In this document: positions 48,301 to 58,800 of the stretch, piece after piece
How the letters are laid out: each line of letters opens with the position of its first letter
Numbering within the stretch: position 1 is the stretch's first letter
Origin: Asterias rubens
Taxonomy: Eukaryota
Reading direction: 5' to 3'
DNA: 64,000 bases
Assembly: GCF_902459465.1 (NCBI RefSeq)
Contig: NC_047077.1
Span: forward strand, 8,928,001-8,992,000
Made by a program: the position numbers and the translations under genes
Notes under the pieces: model-generated
The model's input: the letters and a program-made list of their open reading frames with translations, nothing else
The model's database searches: none
Told to the model about the DNA's origin: nothing

Positions 48301-51300
48301 TCACTTTTGAGATGTCCCGTAAGTAAGAGTTTGTGCTCAAGCACCCTCGAAGTGTTTTTCTACAAAATGTACCTTCTTCCTAACGATTCTCATAAATTCC
48401 TCTCATTTCAATTCTTCATCATTCTGCAGATTGGTGCCAAGCGTGTCCATCTTGTTCGATGCATGGGAGGCAACATTAAGTTCAGAGCTCTCCGTCTTGA
48501 GCAGGGAAACTTCGCCTGGGGCTCAGAGAGTAAGAACTATCCTTTATTCGTTACATTACCTTTGTACTCTCTAACAATTCACAGCCCCATCCCTGCTGCC
48601 TACCCCTCAAAACCCTTACCCCATCCCACCCCCACCCCATAAAAAAAGAGGAAAAAGGGATCAAAAGAATGCACAAACGAGTGGTTTCATTCCTTAAAGG
48701 CAGTGGACACTATTGGTAATTAATCAAAATAATTATCATCATAAAACCTTTCTTGATTACAAGTAATGGGGAGAGGTTGATTGTATAAAACGAAGTGACG
48801 TAGTTTTCGAGAAAGAAGTAATTTTTCACGAATTTGATTTCGAGACCAAGTTTAGAATTCGAGGTCTCGAAATCGAGCATCTGAAAGCACACAACTTCGT
48901 GTGACAAGGGTGTTTTTTCTTTCATTACTATCTCGCAACTTCGACGACCGATTGAGCTCAAATTTTCACAGGTTTGTTATTTTATGCATATCGTCAGCGG
49001 TTTCACGAAGTAGCACTCACTGCTATGCCAGCAAAAAACAACAATCAAAGAAAACGGCCTCTGAAGTTGAACACTTTTTAGAAACCCGCCTCCCTTCAAA
49101 ACTTCAAAGTATTTCCATTTAAATTGTTCAATGTAGATACTTGATGACTTGAACTTATCAATTAATCTTATTTTGACTCATTTGCATAATTAACTATGAA
49201 ACTAGACACAAGAGAAGATGCGTGCTACTTCGTGAAACCCAAAAAGTGCAAAATATGTCTTTTTGCGTTTTCACGAAGTAGCACTCGCCTATGCTACAAC
49301 ACAGCATTTTGTATTGTTTTTTGAAACTAGGTCAGCGCGCGCGCGCGCTCACACAACTTGCGTGCTACTTCGTGAAAACGTTTTTACCACACTTTGACTC
49401 GAGTGCGTGCCATGCATACAACGGTAAACAGGTTCGGGTGCTACTTCGTGAAAACAAAAAATGCCACGTTTGTGCCAAAATTGAAAACACTAATTAGCTT
49501 AATTAAAAAAGTAAAGCTGTCTGAGCTTCGAAACATTATGGAATTGTAGGTCTTCGTGCATTATCAACAGAAATGTAAAAAAAATAAAAATGTGTAAAAA
49601 AATCCTTAAGCACGTAGAGTGCTACTTCGTGAAAACGCTGACGATATGTTGAGGTATACCAACGGTGGAGACTATTGATTGACAACTACCAATAGTGTCC
49701 ACTGTCTTTGAATAGCCTAGCCCGTCCTCCCCCCCCCCCCCCCACCCACCCCAAGAAATAAAACTGGCTTTACCACAGCTTGCCCCTCCCCCGCCAGCAA
49801 GTGAAAATGTGTGGTTATGACACTGTACTCTAAACATTTTGAATTCTCCACAATCCCTGATACGTTGGTGTGTTTTGCCAGCAGAATGATGTTAAAGATT
49901 AGTCTTTCAGAGGAGACTTTAGCCATTCTTTGGTTTGCTCCAATGATGTTTTGTCATAGTTACACTGACTGCTGAATTTCACCAAAGATAAACTGATTAT
50001 TGTCTAGTTTAATTTGTCACAAATTAATATTAACAATTGGTTCATGCTGAAATTAACCTTAGATAACACAGACTTGTTGTCCTGTTTGAGTTGGTGAGAA
50101 TGATAATAATTTGTTCCCATGTTGGACAAGTTCCTGTTGGCCTACAGACAAAGTACAAGTTTCCGCTGCTAATTTGTCACTTGACATGTAAGATGGTATT
50201 GTGATGTCGGCGATGCTCAAGGTCGACTGTAAAAATCCATTCAAATACGCACTACAATAGAGATAAGAATGCTCAAGTAAATTTTTTTCAAAATTAAAAC
50301 CAGCTTTAAATTTGTTGTTTCACCAGATGAGAGATTACTTCGTTAATCACTTTTCCCTGAAAGTCGGTAGATCCGCTAGAACAAAGAAACACTTCAAAGC
50401 TTTTTAAATAATTTTGTATTCTTCAAAATATTAGGTTAATAAACTGTCTTGTCCTCATCCCTTGCCCACAGACACTGCCCGCAAAAGCCGTATCCTGGAC
50501 GTAGTCTACAATGCCAGCAACAATGAGCTCGTCCGTACCAAGACATTGGTGAAGAACTGCATCGTTCAAATCGACTCCACACCCTTCAGACAGTGGTACG
50601 AGGCCCACTACGCCCTCCCCCTCGCCCGCAAAAAGGGTGCCAAGCTGGTGAGTGTTCTAATGGAGAAATACAGGCATACAACTTCTCAGCTGATGTCCTC
50701 TTTTTATTTTCTAAATTGTACCATAGAAACTGAAAAAACACTGGTCAAAACAAGTGTGAACAGCCATTTCCTCTTGGTGTCATGCCTTAAAATGACCACC
50801 CTCCTCCCTAAACAAAGTTAGCCTGCCCCCCCCCCCCACCCCCACTGGTCATGTCCCTGACCTTTAATACATTATCTTCCCAGATACGTTAGTGTGTATT
50901 GCCGGCAGAATGATGTTAAAGATTAGTCTTTCAGAGGAGACTTTAGCCATTCTTTGGTTTACTCCAATGATGTTTTGTCATGGTTACACTGACTGCTGAA
51001 TATTACCTTGAATAGACCAACCTATTGTCCTTGTTGATTTGGCGATAATAATAATATTCTGTTCAGGTTGTGTATGTTCAATTTTTCAACACCTTTTGCG
51101 CATGATGCCATTTAAGAACGGCCTTTGGCCAGAAGTAACAAAAGGCGGTACACAACCACATCTGCTAATTGACTGATTACAGAACAATATAGGGTGCTCC
51201 AAAGGTGTCCGTGCAGTAAAAATCATCGTGTCATAGTCCAGTGCAGACAAATTTAGTGTGACACATGTCATCTGATCTAATGAAGCCGTTATCTTTATCA

Positions 51301-54233
51301 CATTTATGCAAGCCATTTAGGTCCAGGCTTGATACTTCACGGAAGCATCGAAGGCGATTGCCTCCATGCCCCCCTGGTTATTGCCTTGGCGCCCTTGAAG
51401 TGCTCAAAATGGAAATTTACAATTTCAATGAAAATTTACAATTTCCTCAGAAGGTGCCCTTTAGCAAGGGCAAAATGCCCTGGTGCCTTTGCCCTTTCAA
51501 CAATGAAGCATACAAGGTCACATCTGATCGTTAATTTACTCAGTTAATTGTTTACTTATTTTCATTGTCACTGTTTTAAAACGTTACAGACCGAAGCAGA
51601 GGAAGAAGTCCTCAACAGGAAGCGCTCAAAGAAGGCAGCCAAGAAATACGAGGAGCGTAAGAAGACAGCCAAGATCAGCAGTCTCCTTGAGGATCAGTTC
51701 GGCACCGGTAGACTGCTAGGTAAGGATTTTCTCAGCCTCTCTCCACTGAAACACTCACTATTCCCCTGAATACTACACTTTTAAGTTAACCCTTGCGATC
51801 TTGAACCAATCAAAACGAAACTGCAAGTTTAGTTTGAATGATTCTGTTGAACTGAGGACTGCATTTGTAAACTGGTTATGGTTTATATGGGTTCTGGTAT
51901 ACCACTGTAATCAGAATCAAAAAAATTTGGTTGGAGTTTCATTGATGGAGGCCCGCATGTTTAGTTTTTGAATGGCAAAAGTACCACCCGCATGTTTAGT
52001 TTTTGAATGGCAAAAGTACCACCCGCATGTTTAGTTCTTGAATGGCAAAAGTACCACCAAGGCACTAGGTAAAGGGCACCCTATCAGGAAATTGTAAATT
52101 TCTACTGGAGCATTTGATGGGCACCAAGGCTATGACCATGGGCATGGAGGCAATTGCTTTCGTTGTATCTTTTGGGCCTGTACAACACTTGACCCTTGCC
52201 CACCAAAATCAAACTGCAATGTTTGATTTGACTTTGTTGGACTGATGACTGAATTTGTAAATTGATTATGGGTTACATAAGTTCAGGCATACCACCGTGA
52301 TCAAAATCTTACCAGTTGGGTCGAGCTTGATATGATGTTGAAATTTGTTAAAAGGCAGTGGACACTAATGGTAATTGTCAAAGACTAGCCTTCACAGTTG
52401 GTGTATATCTCAACATGCATAAAATAACAAACCTGTGAAAATTTGAGCTCAATCGGTCATCGAAGTTGCGAGATATAATAATGAAAGAAAAATTACCCTT
52501 GTCACACGAAGTTGTGTGCGTTTAGATGGTTGATTTCGAGACCTCAAGTTCTAAATCGGAGGTCTCGAAATCAAATTCGTTGGAAAATTACTTCTTTCTC
52601 GAAAACTATGCCACTTCAGAGAGAGCTGTTTCTCACAATGTTTTATACTATCAACCTCTCCCCATTACTCGTTATCACTTGAGGTTTTATGCCAGTAATT
52701 ATTTTGAGTAATTACCAATAGTGTCCACTGTCTTTAAAGAGTGTGGAATGATATTAGTAACTGTTTCCACAGAGTTAAGGCTGGGTATGCTTTACAAAAC
52801 TTACAGACATCAAAACCTAGTCCCACTGGTTTTTCTCTAATTAAAAACCCAGAATTGGCATTTATCGAAGCAAGAGACCGAATTGTGAGTTTTAAGCTAA
52901 ATATTTGTGTAGACTTGGCAAGCCATGCTAATGTTTAGCAATGAGACTTGTTGAATCTTATACAACAAGGTTCTTCGAAGTTCTTCAAGGTTCATGGTAG
53001 CTGAAATCAGTGCAAAATCAATAAGGGAATAAACAATCGAAACCAATAGATTCATTTTTGGTGGGCGGAATGATGCAAACGATTAGTCTTTCCGAGGGAC
53101 TGTCTGCCGTATTGGCATAAAGGCGGCTCTGTTGAAGACACGTCATAGTTACACTGACTGCCCCCAACCTTGATTCAAGAAATCTCTGTAAAATTTATTC
53201 TGGTGCCCTTTGCTTCTGATGTTTCAGTTTTTTTATTAATTTTGCTGAGTGTTTCGAAATAGGAAACCTGATATATGGCACTCCACAAATGCATGTTAGA
53301 TTGATTGTAGTGATTAACTGACGGTTTGATTTATTGATTGATTGGTTGAGTTATTAAGTAAATTGAATAGTTAGTTTTTGACTGATTTATTGTTTTATTG
53401 ATCGATTGATCGAGTTATTGGATATGATCGATTTGTATAAGTGGTGTCTAATGAAACGTTAATGATAAAGTCTTTAATACAGTAAATTGTGTTTAGTACA
53501 CATTTGTAAAACTTAAGAGATTTGATGGTTGGTTGACTTATTGATCGTTGAATTCTTTTGCTGACTGATTAATTGATTGAGTTATTGATTAAGGATTAGA
53601 TATGATTGATTTATTTGTAAAAGCTGTTTTCTTATGAAACTTTAAATGTACAAGTCTAACAGGTTAGGTGTTGTGAAGTGTTTTGTAAAACTGGCCATGT
53701 CATTCCATACCTCAAAATAACCCAAGACACTCACTGCAATTTCTGTGGTGCCCTTTGCAAAGTTCCAAAACAAATTAAAATGTTCCTCATAAAAGTAAAA
53801 ATATCAGAAGGGAATTGTTGTGCCCCTTCAAGATAAAAACTTTAGGCCTATCGTTGTACAGACCGTTGTCTTATATCTTGATTTTTTTGAAAAACTTTCT
53901 GACACATATATTCTTCCTACTTTAGTTCGGTTTCTGAGTTGTTTTGCCTTTGAAAAAAAGCCCAGTAAATGTGATTAATAACAGCCTGAAGAGTGAGTCT
54001 CTTATAGAATGCACTGTGTGTACACATAGGTCAGGCTTAGTACGTGATAAATTCATCCATTTTTTTTCTCAAAAGACTAACTGTCATACCTGATTTTTTG
54101 GATTTTTTATCTTTTTCTGACAGCTTGCATTTCATCCAGACCAGGACAATGTGGCCGTGCTGACGGATACATCCTGGAAGGCAAGGAGCTCGAGTTCTAC
54201 CTCCGAAAGATCAGATCCAAGAAGGGAAAGTAA
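45400..54233 (+). CDS. RPS8: 40S ribosomal protein S8 (eS8), 6 exons, 208 aa
   Basis: Exons 45400-45403 (ATGG|gt), 46669-46775, 48430-48529, 50472-50647, 51590-51719, 54124-54233; total 627 nt. Reads [16 protein letters not shown]...[21 protein letters not shown]...[36 protein letters not shown]. Confidence 0.98.
46478..46576 (+). ncRNA. SNORD46: Box C/D snoRNA, U46/SNORD46-like, copy 1 (RPS8 intron 1)
   Basis: Terminal stem ggcag/ctgcc, box C atgatg, box D ctga preceded by gtcatagttaca (antisense to 28S GUAACUAUGAC). The 3' end matches the recalled U46 3' end GUCAUAGUUACACUGACU. A second element gattagtcttt precedes D' ctga. Confidence 0.85.
46907..47979. mobile_element. Non-autonomous TIR element (1073 bp) with a 6-bp target duplication in RPS8 intron 2
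   Basis: TIR caggcctcaaatttcccg / cgggaaatttgaggcctg. Direct repeat ctagat at 46901-46906 and 47980-47985. Subterminal agggcacc(a/g) repeats; related fragments at about 25890, 29920, 40020, 51320, 52050 and 53730. Confidence 0.8.
47997..48082 (+). ncRNA. SNORD46: U46-like box C/D snoRNA, copy 2 (RPS8 intron 2)
   Basis: Stem gggcgg/ctgccc, aatgatg, gattagtcttt-ccga, catagttaca-ctga. It is shorter internally than copies 1 and 5. Confidence 0.75.
48694..49712 (-). mobile_element. MITE family 1 (reverse) interrupted by a nested element
   Basis: The MITE sequence resumes exactly after 49643. Confidence 0.8.
48992..49643. mobile_element. Nested TIR element (652 bp) with an ATAT target duplication, possibly Sola-like
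   Basis: TIR cgtcagcg(g/t)tttcacgaagtagcactc; ATAT at 48988-48991 and 49644-49647; internal tttcacgaagtagcac repeats in both orientations. Confidence 0.8.
49879..49974 (+). ncRNA. SNORD46: U46-like box C/D snoRNA, copy 3 (RPS8 intron 3)
   Basis: Stem cagcag/ctgctg, aatgatg, gattagtcttt-caga, C' atgatg, gtcatagttaca-ctga. Confidence 0.8.
50903..50998 (+). ncRNA. SNORD46: U46-like box C/D snoRNA, copy 4 (RPS8 intron 4)
   Basis: Near-identical to copy 3. The guide is gtcatggttaca (an A-to-G change giving a G-U wobble) before ctga. Confidence 0.75.
51952..52056 (+). repeat. 3 x 35-bp tandem repeat
   Basis: cccgcatgtttagtttttgaatggcaaaagtacca repeated three times. Confidence 0.9.
52348..52737 (+). 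mobile_element. MITE family 1 in RPS8 intron 5
   Basis: Both TIRs and TTAA are present. Confidence 0.85.
53063..53163 (+). ncRNA. SNORD46: U46-like box C/D snoRNA, copy 5 (RPS8 intron 5)
   Basis: Stem gggcgg/ctgccc, aatgatg, cgattagtcttt-ccga, cgtcatagttaca-ctga. Confidence 0.8.
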
Positions 54234-55874
54234 GCGGCGCAAAACAATCAGTGTTAACTGCTACAAAAACACTCTAAGAAAGATGCCACACATACATTAT
54301 AGTTATTACTACAGAGACAGCAACTGAAATAACAGCTGTGGTTATGACTGTGGCTTGTTTACTACAGCCATAGCCAAAGACGCTTGTTTCCGATACTTCA
54401 CTCTGTGTAATTGTGTTAGATTGTCCGGTGAGGAGATACAAATAAAAATAAGTCATCAACTTTGCAGATTAAACCTGAATTTTTGTGTAATGTGCGTTAT
54501 TTTTATAGTGGTGTCTTATGCAGGAATGTGTTTGGTGAGACCCCTGTAAACCATGTTTAGGGAAAACCTCACTGTCTTTTAATATCTTAAAGAAAATGAT
54601 AAAAAAACTTAAAAGCTTATCATTGGTTTTCACGCCTTGAAAACACGTTTTTTCCATGATTTTTGTTTTTATCATGTTTTTCTCCATTGATGCAAGGAAA
54701 CTATACCGTACATGTACTATTAAAAAATATGTTACTGTAACAGTGATGCAAGACATTTGTTGATAAAAGCTCCCTCGTGCGTCAAAAATATGGTCAATTA
54801 GCGAGATGTGAACCCTCTAATATAAGACAGTCTTTGTAGTACTACACTCTTGAACATGAACACTCTCTTTCAAGTGGGAGGCGCAAATCTGTCAATGATG
54901 GAGTCTGATGTGAGAAGCCTTTATGGCTTGGGGTGCGGGCCTGGTTAAGGGCATGGGAAATTTTGCATTTTAGATAATCTGTGATGCAATCCAGGGCCAA
55001 TTTTGAGGGGGACATTTGATATAGTGTCCCCCACCCTTCAAAAAGTTGTGTCATCCTTTGCGCCCAAGATGAATGCTCATTGCGCGGGACACGGGGTTTG
55101 GTCTTCCACAGTGCAATACTTGAGCTTCATGATAAATGTGGTCAAAAGCATGGGGGGACATTTTATATTGTGTCCCCCCACCCTTCAAAAGATGGGGGGG
55201 GGGGCATGTCCCCCTGTTCCCCCTTCACTCCTGATAGACGTCCAGTGTCTTTTTAACTTTGTCCGGATTGGTCTTTTTCCGGGTTCCTGAAGGCTGACCC
55301 TTTCTGGGTCAATAGCACTAGGATTCAGAAAAAAATCAATGATGTGTTCGGGTGGTTTAAACCGAACACTAAACTTGTTTGAAAGAGGTGCCTATGTAAT
55401 GATTATGATTATCTCTGTGAAAAAAATGACCCACAAAAAAATGGATAAAACTGACGCAAAATCGAATCTATAAAAATGATTTTGACTCATGGTTTTATAG
55501 CAACTAATCGTTTTTGCGGACCACTACAGTTCTAAGCAAATAATATGCCATCAAGAACAAATCATGTCAAGTGTTGACCTCGGAATGTAGGAACAAAGTA
55601 CACTATGTGTACTCGTGTACGTATACACAGTTATGTAACAGTGATGAAGAATGTTTTGCAGAGAAAAAAGAAAGATTTACACCATTAAAATGTATTATTC
55701 TAATTATTATATTATTTTCAATATTGTTAAGTGGATAAAAAGAGCAAATTTTGCCTTAAGCCTGTTTTGATTTCTTTTGAGCAACATAAAGCAACATTAC
55801 GAAAGTGCTATGGAAAACATCACCCGTAGTGTAAGAAAAGTGACAATAACCTGATCTATATAATTTTATCACAT

Positions 55875-58800
55875 TTAAATGCGGGTATCTTTTTGATTCG
55901 TCTCCACATTTCTCTCATCCCGTAAATTGGGGTTGACATAACTATTACTGGCTTTTACGTCAGTTTTAAGGGTCGACCTGGCACCAGCAGCAGATCTCGA
56001 GGCTGTAACTGATGCGGAGGTTCTGCCACTCGACCTCGATGCCGACAGCAGCGGTTGCTTTCGCCACAGCGCCCTCACGCGTTGGTTCAAGCAAAATGCG
56101 ATGAAGATAAAGACCCCCTGCAGCGTATTGATGATGACGTTGATGTAAGAGAAAACCACGTGGTTAACAGCTTCGGAAACGAATGCGAAAATCCACGTGA
56201 CCCCGAACAACAGAATGAGCTGCATGGGGTAAAACAAAGTTTAACATAGTTATGACAGATGGTTTTGGCAGGATTTGAATTTGACTATGTGCCCTTGTCT
56301 TTAGCCGCTTTCCGGAACCTGTGATTTCATTGGTACAATGACCATTGGATATTAACTTGCACATGTGTATTATACAGGGTGCGTCGACCCCGGGGTGCTC
56401 ATCCAAGTGGCGTATTTTATTTTTTTCCAGGACGAACGACTTGGGCACTGATAAAATTACCCCACGTTCGTACTGGAAAAGTCGCCTATTTTTTGTTTGG
56501 CAGGACGATTGTGTGCAGATATTTACCCACGTTCCACCTGAGAAAAAATACGCATCACGACGTGACCCTTCTCGTCGTGACGTCAGAGCACCTCGGGCCA
56601 GCCCCAAGTGGATAGGGTCACTTGGGATGGCCCGAGGTGCTCTGACGTCACCACGAGAAGGGTCACGTCATAATGCGTTTTTTTTTTCCAGGTGGAACGT
56701 GGGTAAATATCTGCAGACGTTCGTCTTTGTAAAAATAGGGGACTTTTCCAGGACGAACGAGGTAATTATCAGTGCCCACGTTCGTACTGGAAAAAAAAAT
56801 TAAATAAATAAAAAACCCGCCACTTGGATGAGCACACCGGGGTCGACTCAGGGAAGCTAATCGAACACACCTACAGTTTGGAATAATGGGTCTGCAACTG
56901 TTTGCTACTGTGCAAACTCTTATCGAAGACCGAAATGTAGGTCTATAGTCAAGGCGCTATGATGTACATTTTTACAGAAAGAATATTAATTTAATGAAGT
57001 TATGAATTCTTCGACCCGGGTAGCACCATGTAAGGGTTTACAAAAGGTGCTACCCCGATCAGCAGCCACAGCCCGGAACACCGGTGCGAACCCCTTCTAA
57101 ATCTCTCTTCGAAAAGTGCACCTGCCGTTGATTTCACAAAACTCTTCTTAACTTGAGACTAATCTTATAGGACTTAGGACGAGTCCCAACACTGCACTGT
57201 AGCATGGATTAATCCTAAGTTAGGACGAGTTACTCGTCCTAAAGACGAGTCCTAACTCTTTGTTAAATCGACCCCTGGTTCTTTACAGGGCCAACGGCTT
57301 AATACGTCCCATATGCATCCGAAGGACGAAGCAATGGTTACGTGTCTTGCTGAAGACACGAACACACACTCTGCTGATCAGAAACAACAGAGTTTGATTT
57401 CGGTGCTCTTAATAACGCTCGGCCACGGCATTTCCACAATAGGCTGGATATCCCGTGCACATGGTTCGGTTCAGTTCAGTTCAGTACAACATTTATTTCC
57501 AATTCCTCAATCAATATAAATACAATGTTTACAAAGTGATACTCAATAATGAGAATGAAAGTTAAAACAAGTTTATGGTTATGGTTATTATGTCTGGGGT
57601 TGATTTCAAAAAGGTAGTCCTAATTAATAGGACTAGTCCTAGGCAATGCTAAGAGATAGGACTGGTCCTAAGTTAAGACCAGTAACTCATCCTAACTTAG
57701 GACTGGTCCTATATCTTAGCATTGCCTATACTAGTCCTAAGTTAGGACTACCTTTGTGAAATCCACCCCTGGGTCTTTAGATTTAAGATTGTACAAAAAA
57801 AAGCTTAAAAAAAACGTTTATAAATGTTGAAAACAATAGCGAGGTTTAGCTGCATTACGTGAACTTGAACGTCACAAAATCAATATTGACATGTTGTTTC
57901 TGGGTGAGGTCGCCACTTATGGTTGTTTTTTTCGTGCCCGCGTATGACGTTTGGCGCATGTACGTCGTACCTGACGTATTTTTGTTTACTTCAAGTGTGC
58001 TAGAAACGTGAGATTGTTAACAATGCACTTATAATAAAGGTTCTCGGTCAAATTCAGCAAATGAGCAGTCAATTTCATTTCCGTGCGTTCGAATTAAAGC
58101 TGTTTTGCCTCTCCAGTTGTTATTGCGTTTCAAATTCATAATTTGGTCATTCAATTTCGTTTTGAATCAAGTCATGTTCCTTTAGCACTCTGTTCAATTT
58201 AGCGTATCGTCATTCTTTTTCGTGACACACACGCCTCAAGAAGCGTCTGCGAATTTGAATGCTGCTCTGATGAATTGTTAAATAGAATGATTATTTTGTT
58301 AAATCGAATGCCGCAACATTACATTTGACTTATCATAAAACGAAATACCCTTTTCAGTAGCATTCGATTTCGCGCGAAAAAGAATAGCTTGGTGGTTAAA
58401 TTGGCTTGGCTGCTCATTTGCCGAAACTAGCCGAGAAAACCTATATAAAAAATAATTTGTTCATACCTTTACGTAAATCTTCACTTCCTCCAAGATATCA
58501 GTCATCTTTCCTTTGGTTTGTACCATCTTGCTTTCCATTTTGGTTTTCCTCACAGCAACCAAAATAGACACGAAGAAACCTGTACTAAGGAGCAAAGACA
58601 ATGCCACAGGAATACCGAAGACAACCATCAGAGTAGTGAAACCTTCAATCCAACATGGCGGCGAGTCTTTGTATATAGCGGGTAGGTCTGTGCACTTGCA
58701 AAGTGTAAGAAACAGGCAGGTGCATACTATCAGTAACGAAACACCCCAGACGATTGTCATGGACATTGCTAGTTGTCGGTATTTTCGACAGTCTGACCCA

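Noticed and set aside
53290-53620. ttga-rich tract in RPS8 intron 5 as a structured RNA
   Set aside because: It is a degenerate (TTGA)n microsatellite with no boxes or stems.
56164-56803. Overlapping 147-aa and 152-aa ORFs on opposite strands
   Set aside because: They are by-products of the palindromic element and lack protein-like features.
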